Assembly (NCBI RefSeq): GCF_001194135.2
Contig: NW_026316409.1
Span: 1 to 33,756 of the forward strand
Source: Octopus bimaculoides
Lineage: Eukaryota
Reading direction: 5' to 3'
Length of the DNA: 33,756 nucleotides
Position 1 is the first letter of the stretch; each line of letters starts with the position of its first letter. Below the pieces are notes generated by a model that was not told where the DNA came from, ran no database searches, and worked only from the letters and a program-made list of their open reading frames with translations. This document shows positions 23,827 through 33,137 of the stretch, in pieces. A program made the position numbers and the translations under genes.

Positions 23827-24073
23827 GTTGTCGTTTAACGTCCGCTTTCCATGCTAGCATGGGTTGGACGATTTGACTGAGGACTGGTGAAACCAGATGG
23901 CTACACCAGGCTCCAATCTGATTTGGCAGAGTTTCTACAGCTGGATGCCCTTCCTAACGCGAACCACTCAGAGAGTGTAGTGGGTGCTTTTACGTGTCAT
24001 CCGCACGAAGGCCAGTCAGGCGGTACTGGCAATGGCCACGCTCAAAATGGTGCACTTCATGTGCCACCCACAC
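23827..24073 (-). mobile_element. Young RTE-tail-bearing element (SINE or LINE 3' end); its 5' part is lost next to the gap
   Basis: Reverse complement reads ...GTGGTTCGCGTTAGGAAGGGCATCCAGCTGTAGAAAC...CCAACCCATGCTAGCATGGAAAGCGGACGTTAAACGAC; CpGs retained. Confidence 0.8.
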
Positions 24074-24120
24074 AAAAAAAAAAGGGGAATTGGAGAGAGG
24101 AGTTGCAGAAAATTCACACG

Positions 24121-24394
24121 NNNNNNNNNNNNNNNNNNNNNNNNNNNNNNNNNNNNNNNNNNNNNNNNNNNNNNNNNNNNNNNNNNNNNNNNNNNNNNNN
24201 NNNNNNNNNNNNNNNNNNNNNNNNNNNNNNNNNNNNNNNNNNNNNNNNNNNNNNNNNNNNNNNNNNNNNNNNNNNNNNNNNNNNNNNNNNNNNNNNNNNN
24301 NNNNNNNNNNNNNNNNNNNNNNNNNNNNNNNNNNNNNNNNNNNNNNNNNNNNNNNNNNNNNNNNNNNNNNNNNNNNNNNNNNNNNNNNNNNNNN
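24121..24394. other. Assembly gap (N run)
   Basis: Direct reading. Other gaps at 1050-1059, 6983-7037, 11875-11884 and 26972-27197. None is needed to complete the reading frame. Confidence 0.99.
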
Positions 24395-24573
24395 GATTTC
24401 AATAAACTTGAGAAATCAAAATTAAAGGAAATTTCTAAAAACATGAATTTAAAAAAATACTTCCAGGCAGTCAACCCTTTGATAATTGCTTTCTTTTAGT
24501 ACTTTTAGTAATTGTTACATACCTAATTAATAAGCAGCTTTCTCTATTATAGTATAGATATATACACACACAT

Positions 24574-24779
24574 GCGGCGAGCTGGCAGAAACGTTAGCAC
24601 GCCGGGCGAAATGCTTAGCAGTATTTCGTCTGCCGCTACGTTCTGAGTTCAAATTCCGCTGAGGTCGACTTTGCCTTTCATCCTTTCGGGGTCGATTAAA
24701 TAAGTACCAGTTACGCACTGGGGTCGATATAATCGACTTAATCCGTTTGTCTGTCCTTGTTTGTCCCCTCTGTGTGTAG
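24574..24779 (+). mobile_element. Family-B SINE, youngest copy in the window
   Basis: GCGGCGAGCTGGCAGAAACGTTAGCACGCCGGGCG...GAGTTCAAATTCCGCTGAGGTCGACTTTGCCTTTCATCCTTTCGGGGTCGAT; A box TGGCAGAAACG, B box GAGTTCAAATTCC. Confidence 0.92.
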
Positions 24780-25094
24780 TAAAGAAATAACACATGCACA
24801 CACATCAATGTGCTACTACTCTTCCACTACAAGCAGGTACACAATGCTCCCAGTGGAGTATTTATAGTTAAAGTTACAAGAATGAATGAAAAAGACTGTT
24901 ACAGTAAGCAGGCTTAATTCCTGTCAGAGTGGCAGTAATAGTAGATGCCATCTAACTGCAGATACCATCCTTTAAAAAATAAAATTAGATTATCATCGAG
25001 AGCCTGGTCAGTGGAAACAAAAGTTAGACATGAATATAGCTGATACAACAATACCACACAACGAATGTAGACAGTATTAAAGAAGAAGTATCAC

Positions 25095-25206
25095 CTGAGG
25101 AACAAAGTGAGGAACCAGGCTAGGGAGATCATACCAAGAATTCCCATGTGATCTAAACGTTGGTGAAGTTCAGGAAGATTTTCTTTCAAAAGTTCCTCTA
25201 AAACAC
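25095..25206 (-). CDS. TBC1D9: TBC1D9 exon (112 nt, phase 1/2): VLEELLKENLPELHQRLDHMGILGMISLAWFLTLFL(S)
   Basis: ttgcag|GT GTT...CTC AG|gtgata; WFLTLF motif. Not in the supplied ORF track. Confidence 0.95.
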
Positions 25207-25389
25207 CTGCAACAAATGAAAAATAAAAAATAACAAAACCAAACAGATTGCAATAAATTGATACAAAATATCAGTCAGTTCTGATAGACAACTGGTAATT
25301 AGTCTATTGACTCCAGAATAATGAATGTAAAAAGGTGACTCCAGTGAGAGATGAACACAGAATGTTCAGAAACATTATCAAATAACATT

Positions 25390-25510
25390 GTGTGGTTAAG
25401 TAGTTCACTTCTCAACCAAATGGTATGGGGTTCAGTCCCTTGCACAGTACCTTGAGCAAGTGTCTTCTACAATAGTCTGAGGCCTTGTGAATGGATTTGA
25501 TAGACGGGGT
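25390..25510 (+). mobile_element. Family-A SINE 5' fragment
   Basis: TGTGTGGTTAAG...GGGTTCAGTCCC...CCTTGAGCAAGTGTCTTCTAC...CCTTGTGAATGGATTTG.TAGACGG. Confidence 0.75.
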
Positions 25511-25774
25511 CAAATTGTAGTGTGTGTGTGTGTGTTTGTACTTCTCTGAAAATTACTGAAATACAAGTGGTGGTGCTACTGCCATTTCCTCTGCCAATGA
25601 TTACAATATCTGCTGGCTTTTGCATCGTCAAATAAGAGGTAGAATAAGAGGTCCCTTGTTTGAGAAAACAGGTGAGAAGCATCCAACTGTAAAACAATGC
25701 CTCAATGATGTATTTGACTACCCCATGCCTTGGAAAACAACAAATTAGACATAAGTCCAGTAATTTTAAAGGGA

Positions 25775-25925
25775 AAGGGTTAGTCAATACCATTGACCCC
25801 AGTACTAGACTGACAATATTTTATCAACCCTAGACAGATGAAATGTCAGGCAGACCACAACAGGATTTGAACTCAAAACATAAAGCACTGGAGCAAATGC
25901 TACAAGGTATTTTGTCCAATGTTAA
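25775..25925 (-). mobile_element. Family-B SINE, diverged
   Basis: TTAGTCAATACCATTGACCCCAGTACT...TTTTATCAACCCT...GATGAAA...GGATTTGAACTCA...CATTTTGTCC-like end. Confidence 0.7.
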
Positions 25926-26002
25926 TAAATAACTCACATTCTACAACTAACACCACCACCATCACTCACAACAACATGACAGATTTGGAATAGATAACAA
26001 AC

Positions 26003-26149
26003 CTTGATCTACCAAAGCACCAACAACTTTGGTATTGTAATAATTAGGCAGCAGTCGTTCACAGAGAGAGGTGAGAAGCCAAAATGCCTCTTCTTCGTTG
26101 GCATAGAGTAACAGGACACTGGTGACAATATTCATTGCTTGGCAATATC
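26003..26149 (-). CDS. TBC1D9: TBC1D9 exon (147 nt, phase 1/1): [48 protein letters not shown](G)
   Basis: tgccag|GA TAT...CAA G|gtttgt; GYxQ glutamine-finger motif. Confidence 0.97.
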
Positions 26150-26297
26150 CTGGCAATAGAAGGGAAAGATTAGTATACAGTAATAAATGGTGGCCTCATC
26201 ATCATTTTCACTGATAGTGGCAACATAGGAGACATCATTATCAGTAACAACAACAGAGAATGAAAGTGAAAGAGAAATGAAATTAGAACAGTAGCAA

Positions 26298-26345
26298 TCA
26301 TCATCATCATCATCATCATCAGTAGCAATCATCATCATCATCAGT
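26298..26345. repeat. (CAT)n microsatellite within a degenerate trinucleotide tract (about 26190-26360)
   Basis: Direct reading. Confidence 0.85.
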
Positions 26346-27270
26346 AGCAATAACAAGTGAAATGTCTTCATTCAATGCTGTTATGGAATGAAATATTCAT
26401 ACAGAATGGAATATTGCTACATTTACAATGCTTTGAATAATCTCCACTAATATCACAAACACTAATACATACACACACATCCAGACAAATAGAAATAAAC
26501 GTACATACATATACACAGACATATAGACATATACAGATACACATACACAACATATACAAGAATACATACAATAACTTTTTCTATGGTATTATGTAATTAA
26601 TTTCCTTGTTCTTTTTCACACCCTTCCTAACACAAAAGCACCAGACCATGAAGGAACAATGTACATTGGATGCAACAAAGTATACCACAGTACATTATAT
26701 ATATATAAACACACACAATTAGAAACAAAATGAGCTGAGAAAAATAAGTCAAGTTCACCAATGACATGGTTACGGATAATTAATTTAAAGTGTGATGTGC
26801 TAAATGTCATAAACAAAAAATTGGGGAGGAGTGGGTGTCAGAGGAGTGGGCCCGTGTGACCCTAGGATGGGGGAAAGCAGTGTCGTGTACCTGAAAAGAA
26901 AGCTTGGATTTGGCAGAATTCATAAACAAAACAATACCTACAACCTTCATATACTACCCAATCTTTATGCGNNNNNNNNNNNNNNNNNNNNNNNNNNNNN
27001 NNNNNNNNNNNNNNNNNNNNNNNNNNNNNNNNNNNNNNNNNNNNNNNNNNNNNNNNNNNNNNNNNNNNNNNNNNNNNNNNNNNNNNNNNNNNNNNNNNNN
27101 NNNNNNNNNNNNNNNNNNNNNNNNNNNNNNNNNNNNNNNNNNNNNNNNNNNNNNNNNNNNNNNNNNNNNNNNNNNNNNNNNNNNNNNNNNNNNNNNNAGT
27201 GAACTGGTTATAATATGTTTGGGGACACGTACGAGTCGAAGAAGAAGTGGGGGAAAGAAAGTAGTGATTC

Positions 27271-27311
<41 letters not shown>

Positions 27312-27899
27312 ACAGGTAGCAGTACATCATGCTGATCAAAAGTCGTTGGGTTTTTAGAAAAAAGTTGAAACAAACACAGCAGTGTTTAAACCATGAGATT
27401 AAATGCTTAAATCGGTAACAGAAATGAGAGTTAAAATCGTAATTTTTAAAGGGGGGAGAGACAAATTTCAGACAGGTTTGGGCTAAGGAGCATACTTCAA
27501 GAAAGTAGAGGCGAAGACGATAAAGACGATAACTTGGGTGAGATAGCGAATAGAAATACATAAATAATCATGAATTTAAGACAGAACAGAGATATGGAAG
27601 GGAAGAAATGTATAGTCAGAGAAACGGGGTGGGGTTGGGGGAAGGGGAGCGCAGCAGAAGGGATAATATATAAAAATAAAAAATGACTTAGCTATTGTTC
27701 ATGTCTTGGAGAGCTTTGTCGTGGGTTCTATCTGCATAGAAATTCCAATACACACACATACACACACACATGCCAAGTTTGAAGTGAATGATCATGAGCT
27801 CAGAAGTGCAGACTGCTAATGATACCAACAATAAAAGATATGGAAGATGACATGCATTCACTTGTTCCATTACAAAACTGCAATCATCAATATACTCAC

Positions 27900-27994
27900 C
27901 AATAGTAGGGTTCCTCCAGGCATATGCAGTTAAGACTCGGCGGAGGGCATCAATTCCCAAATCTGTTTGAAAAGCTGGATGTTCGGGTAATGAT
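27900..27994 (-). CDS. TBC1D9: TBC1D9 exon (95 nt, phase 2/1): [31 protein letters not shown](G)
   Basis: atttag|A TCA...ATT G|gtgagt. Confidence 0.97.
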
Positions 27995-28098
27995 CTAAAT
28001 AGCAATAATAGTTATAATTATTATTTCTAAGTTTACCACAAATCACATTGAAATACAGCCAAGGGAGATATCCCACACTATTATACTGTAAAGTTTAC

Positions 28099-28193
28099 CT
28101 GTGTAAATCTCTTTCAATTTCATCTGTGGCAATGTTATTTTTGCCTGCACTCTGTTGTACCATGTTGGCATAGTAACCAGGGTTTGTAATCAT
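28099..28193 (-). CDS. TBC1D9: TBC1D9 exon (95 nt, phase 0/2): [31 protein letters not shown](R)
   Basis: ttccag|ATG...CAC AG|gtaaac; IxxDxxR arginine-finger motif. Not in the supplied ORF track. Confidence 0.95.
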
Positions 28194-28263
28194 CTGGAAT
28201 TCACAAAAAGATTGAATCATTCGATTGGTCGGTCTATCAACCTATCTATCTACCTGTGTGTGT

Positions 28264-29100
28264 ATCATCATCATCATTATTTAACATCCACTTCCCATCC
28301 TGGCATGGGTTGGAAGGTTTGACAGGAGCTGGCCAGCTGGAGCGCAGCCCAGGTTCCAATTGTCTATTTTGGCATGGTTTCTACAGTTCAATGCCCTTCC
28401 TAACACCACTCACTTCACTGAAGTACTGGGTGCTTTTATGTGGCACTAGCATGGGTGCTTTTTTACGTGGCACCTGCACAGGCACTTTTACGTGACACTG
28501 GCATGAGCGTTTTCACTTTGCATCAGCACAAGTGTTTTTGCATGGCGATAGCACAAGTGGTTTTATGTGACACTGGCATGGAGGCTTTTATGTGACACTA
28601 GCATGAGTGCTTTTACATAGCACCAGCATGGGTACTTATTATGTGACACCACCACCCATGAGCCCTCAAGGAAAGAGCCTCTTGGCTGAGAAAGGGACGT
28701 GGAGGACATACTTGCATGTATGGAAGGCTGCAGTTTTACTTAGCTTGATGTGTCTTCTCAAGCACAGCAAACCACCAGAAATTTTGGTCTCTAGTCATCT
28801 CCTCTGTGAAGCCCAACATCTGTAGATCCTTTCTCACTATTTTGTCCTATATTTTCTTGGGTCTACCCCTTCCACAGGTTCCCTCCACAATTAGAGATAG
28901 GCACCTCTTTATGCAGCTAACCTCATCCATACACATCACATGACCATACCAGCACAGTCCTCTCTTGCACACCAGAACTGATGCCTCTTATACCCAATTT
29001 TTCTCTTAAATCATTTACACTTTGTCATACATGCACACTAACATTACCCATCCAGCATAACATGCTAACTTCATTTGTTCCTTTAAGAATGTTGACTGTG
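28264..29100 (-). mobile_element. RTE-clade LINE 3' fragment: RT C-terminus, 3'UTR and (GAT)n tail
   Basis: Decayed translation NEVSMLCWMGNVSVHV*QSVNDLREKLGIRGISSGVQER/LCWYGHVMCMDEVSCIKRCLSLIVEGTCGRGRPKKI*DKIVRKDLQMLGFTEEMTRDQNFWWFAVLEKT; tail at about 28264-28280. Confidence 0.88.
28428..28654. repeat. Minisatellite of about nine ~25-nt units (GGTGCTTTTAYGTGRCACYRGCAY) inside the RTE 3'UTR
   Basis: Units counted by eye; no spacers between them. Confidence 0.85.
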
Positions 29101-29284
29101 ACTTAACAATTTTTCTAGCAGGTTTAATAAACACACAAAAACTCCCTCATTGATTTGTTGTTTTCTTTTTACATGTACAATGAAACACTGAGAAAGTAAA
29201 GTTAACTTAACAAAGACCACAGTTCTAGTTAACAGGAAAACAGACAGGGCACTAATCCCTTCAGATAAACGGCCTTGTTCCACG

Positions 29285-29440
29285 TGTAGAAGAGGCATAG
29301 GTAGAAATTCCACACAGTGTTGAAAAAGATGATTATGGAAGACTTGAGATGAATTGGTGAAGACATATATGAAGCTGTTAGATCTCACAGATGAGATGAC
29401 AAAGGACCACACTAACTGGTGGCACATGGCGAGGGAGAAC
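29285..29440 (+). mobile_element. RTE-clade LINE C-terminal fragment, opposite in orientation to 28264-29100
   Basis: GRLEMNW*...MKLLDLTDEMTKDHTNWW resembles GRP..TW...D...L.L..EMT.DR..W. Confidence 0.6.
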
Positions 29441-29981
29441 AACTGCTTGCCTGTCTCAATGTGACAAAACAAACACTAAAATTATGTTATGTATATGTAT
29501 AATTGCATATATCACTAGGTACGTGCATGTATGTGCATTCATACATGCCAGTCATCTCCATTGCTCACTTTGTCACTCACTGCCCTATTTCTCGTCTTTT
29601 GTGTTACACATCTCTTTATTCATCATATCAATGCCATCCATTTTTCTTTTGCTTTATCTCTTTTGCTTCCTACACTGTGCTGCTATTGCTCATCTCATCA
29701 TTATTCCATCTTCTCAATCTCAATATATTATGTTGTCAGAGTGACTAAGGATGGCAGTGGATCTCTTCTGTTTGCTGTACATTATTTCCAGTGCAACTAA
29801 GGATGCCATCAACAATGTCTCCAACATTCATTTGTGCTGTCCATTACTACAAGAACCACCTACATTCTATTTTCTCTGCCATCATCATCATCACTCAGCA
29901 ACATATCATAGCTTGTGTCTTCATTACACTGGGCCACATGTGTTTAGTTCACTCTACCCGCTCCTTCCCTTCCAGTAGAGC

Positions 29982-30257
29982 TTGTCATTACTCCATGTCA
30001 CTTATGCCAACAGACTATTGCTTTTTCCCTTGCATACAACCAAGACTTCTGTCATCCCCACCAACAATCTCAGAATACTGAGTGTACTATCACTCAACCC
30101 CTTACCACACATCCTTCTCATTACTATCATTCATGCCTCTTTACTCTATACTTCTCACTCTGTTAAGAAACAGGCAAGTAGCAATATGTGGCATTGTGAG
30201 GCCTCTTTGGTCATGTTAAGGACATGGTAACCTCTCTACTACTGGTGTCATGAAAAA
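29982..30257 (-). repeat. Unclassified dispersed repeat, copy 2 (inverted relative to 19949-20229)
   Basis: See copy 1; followed by an RTE-type tail at about 30330-30535. Confidence 0.88.
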
Positions 30258-30703
30258 TGCACTCCATGCACTTTGTAAAGCATTGGGTTGCAAGGACACT
30301 TTAATCTTGATGAGGACATGACACCTCTCTAATGCTGGTGCCACAAAAAGAAGAGCACTTCTGTAAAGTGGGTGGCATCCAGTCAAAGAAACCTGACCAA
30401 AAATTAAATGTGTGTGAGATGATGTCTTTCAAGTATGTAGTATCCCTGAATACATCTGACTCCAACCACATTCATCTGTGCAACCCATGCCAGCATAAAA
30501 AAGAGGCACAAAACAATGATGATAATAATACATATGCATACACACACTCACACGGAATTGCCAAATTATAATATAGTAAAATAGAATATATGTGAAGTTA
30601 CAAAAGAATACCATAGAACAGATGTAATTACAGAACAACAGTACAGTAAAACAGATGTGAAATTACAAGTCACACATGTATAATCAAAATGCAAAGTACT
30701 TAC

Positions 30704-30812
30704 TTCATTGACAGCACCAGAAAATGTCATCCAAATTTCTCCCCGTAAGTTATCAGGAATACCTTTCAGAATAAGTTCTCGGGTTTTGTGTGTGCGATAC
30801 ATACATACTCCT
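30704..30812 (-). CDS. TBC1D9: TBC1D9 exon (109 nt, phase 2/0): (K)[36 protein letters not shown]
   Basis: tttcag|A GGA...GAA|gtaagt; start of the TBC domain (GIP..LRGEIW). Confidence 0.96.
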
Positions 30813-30948
30813 CTGAAATGTTCACAACAACGAAGATGCTTAGGTACATGGGCGATTATTGCTAAAAAGTAAGTGAAAACTGTCCAGAATATTATTGTGA
30901 TCAACCAGACAAGTGAAATATTAAGTTAACCATAATGAAAGTTAAACT

Positions 30949-31177
30949 TTAACCCTTTTGATACCAAACCACCTAAGACTGTCTCTGGCTTTATGATACA
31001 AACTTCCTGTTTTAAAGTGATTTAAATTAAAACTTTCCATCAAAATTCCTTATTAATTTATATTCGAAACACCAGCTTAATATAACAAACTTCTTTCATT
31101 AAATTCTTTGTTATTTTCAAAACTAACTGAAATCAAAGGCAGTGTTTCAATTAGAAGCATGCTAACAAAAGGGTTAA
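30949..31177. mobile_element. piggyBac-type MITE, family E, both TTAA sites intact
   Basis: TTAA|CCCTTTTG at 30949-30960 and CAAAAGGG|TTAA at 31166-31177. Confidence 0.85.
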
Positions 31178-31626
31178 ACTCTGAGCTGATAAATCAAATT
31201 CAGTTGGTCCAAAGTGTTCTCTTTACCATCTGCTCTGCTTTGCATTGGCACACAAAACCATGTACTTTTATAAAAGATTGTTACAGTCTGTCAGATACCG
31301 ACCATGATGAATACCACAGGGTATTGAAAATACATATTCGCCTTTTTATATATTTAATCCTTTATATTGAACACTCAATATTTCATATATTCAATAAGAC
31401 ATATTCCATATATTCAATAAGACATTCAATACTTCATTTTATTGTACCATCCATTTTTATATTATATATTCCATATTCTATATCCCACATTAATTTTACA
31501 AGAATATAAATAAAACATAAAAAACAGACAGAGTTGGAACTCTTTTAAATAAAATAATATATTCCTCTATACATGATCATACAAAACCCTTTTTTTGTAT
31601 TTATTTTTACTCATGCACACACACAC

Positions 31627-31660
<34 letters not shown>

Positions 31661-31798
31661 GCATATATATGCATAACCTGGTACAGCCCTCTGGTTCATT
31701 AGTTCTTGTCAAACCACCCAACCCATGCCAACACAGAAAAAGGGACATTAAATGATAATCACGATGATATAAGAGAGAGAGAAAGAGAGGTAACTTAC

Positions 31799-31928
31799 TT
31801 TCCATATTCAGAAAAGTGTATACCCCACAGATGCTGTTTTATGGATTCTTTATTGGTCAGTTCATCTGAATCTCTTCGGTTAAACAGGCTAATTAGAGCA
31901 GGTTGAATTGGGAAGTTGCCATTAGCTT
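31799..31928 (-). CDS. TBC1D9: TBC1D9 exon (130 nt, phase 1/2): ANGNFPIQPALISLFNRRDSDELTNKESIKQHLWGIHFSEYG
   Basis: tttcag|AA GCT...GGA AA|gtaagt; KxxxWxIHFxEYG family motif. Confidence 0.92.
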
Positions 31929-32112
31929 CTGAAATGAGAATCATAAAGGACAAAAATGTTGAATCTCTTACATCATGGCATATGTAACAATGGTGAAGAC
32001 TGAGAGAACTAAATTAGCATCTGCGTGAGTCTGAGTGTTAGAGACAAATTCTCTAAACATCTTTTATCACATATCTCAGAATGGATATAATGAAGAGAAA
32101 ACATTTACAAAC

Positions 32113-32153
32113 CTTTCGGTTGGTTGCTTTCAGTGGTTCCATTGTCTCCTGCA
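32113..32153 (-). CDS. TBC1D9: TBC1D9 short linker exon (41 nt, phase 2/1): (D)AGDNGTTESNQPK(E)
   Basis: ttccag|T GCA...AAA G|gtttgt; its phases bridge the phase-2 donor at 33138 and the phase-1 acceptor at 31928. The linker is not conserved, so support is from splice signals and frame only. Confidence 0.72.
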
Positions 32154-32190
32154 CTGGAAGTAAATGAGTAAATAAATAAATTGATTAATA

Positions 32191-32400
32191 ATCATTTCTA
32201 CTATAGGCACATGGTGTGAAATTTTGGGGGAAGTGGTCTGGTCAATTACATCAACCCCAGAATTAGACTGGTACGTATTTTATCGACCCTGAAAGGAAGA
32301 AAGGCAAAGTTAACCTCAGCAGAATATAAATTCAGAACACAGAGGCAGAAGAAATGCCACTAAGTACTTTGTCTTGCCTGCTAACAATTCTACCAGCTCC
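32191..32400 (-). mobile_element. Family-B SINE whose tail ends about 40 nt before the acceptor of exon 32113-32153
   Basis: TTTCTACTATAGGCAC...TTTATCGACCCTGAAAGGAAGAAAGGCAAAGTTAACCTC...TTCTACCAGCTC. Confidence 0.85.
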
Positions 32401-32402
32401 AG

Positions 32403-32835
32403 AGCAAGAGTCTCAACTGTGCCATATCAGAAATGGACAAAACCATTGCCCATACCATGAACAAATATCCTAGACTTGCCTAAAACAATAATAAGTTGTG
32501 GCAACATGATGAGGTAGTGAGAGTGCTACATTGGAAACTATGTGAGAAGTGGGGTACAGAGAGTGGCAAGAAGTGTTATGAGCACAAACTGAAGAGAGTG
32601 GCAAAGTCAGAGATATGCAAAATCTTGTAGGATTTCCCAAACCAAACATATCAGGTGCAAGAGCACAACAAGCCGGACCCAGTGGTGGTGGACAAGGTGA
32701 ACCACATGTGCTATATAATTGATGCTGCATGCCCCTTTCACCCATGAATAGTCAAGAAAGAAAGCAAAATAGACATATGCAATCCTCTTAAGTATGAAAT
32801 AGCCTGGTTATGGAAAATGAAGGTGAAAATAGTAA
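32403..32835 (+). mobile_element. R2-superfamily (R4/Dong-like) non-LTR retrotransposon relic: CCHC knuckle and restriction-like endonuclease region
   Basis: Decayed translation KTIAHT...WQHDEVVRVLHWKLCEKWG..SGKKCYEHK...CKIL*DFP...EHNKPDPVVVDKVNHMCYIIDAACPF...PLKYEIAWLWKMKVKIV; PD...D motif of RLE-type elements. Confidence 0.82.
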
Positions 32836-32839
32836 AGGT

Positions 32840-32985
32840 GCAGGCATGATTGTATGGTAAGAAGCTTGCTTCCCAACCACATGGTTCTGGGTTCAGTCCT
32901 ACTGTGTGGCACTTTGGGCAAGAATCTTCTATTATAGCCTCAAGCTGACCAAAGACTTGTGAGTGGATTTAGTAGACAGTGGATA
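32840..32985 (+). mobile_element. Family-A SINE 5' fragment
   Basis: GGTAAGAAGCTTGCTTCCCAACCACATGGTTCTGGGTTCAGTCC...TTGTGAGTGGATTTAGTAGAC. Confidence 0.82.
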
Positions 32986-33137
32986 TTAAATGATGCTACT
33001 GATTATACATACATACATACATATTGTATGTATATATGCATTTTTAAACTTTTGTTCAATGAGACTTACATTCACAGAGATTTAAAATATAAATTGAAAA
33101 ATTCAAAAGTAAGAAACATGCAAAAACAGAGACTTAC

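Noticed and set aside
23887-24499. Long ORFs of 143-172 aa (also 26831-27561)
   Set aside because: Open only because they run through N gaps.
26820-27690. Compositionally odd purine-rich sequence around the 26972-27197 gap
   Set aside because: Looks like low-quality contig-end sequence; no interpretable structure.
28428-28654. CRISPR-like array
   Set aside because: The repeats abut without unique spacers, are degenerate, lie inside a LINE 3'UTR, and the context is a eukaryotic intron.
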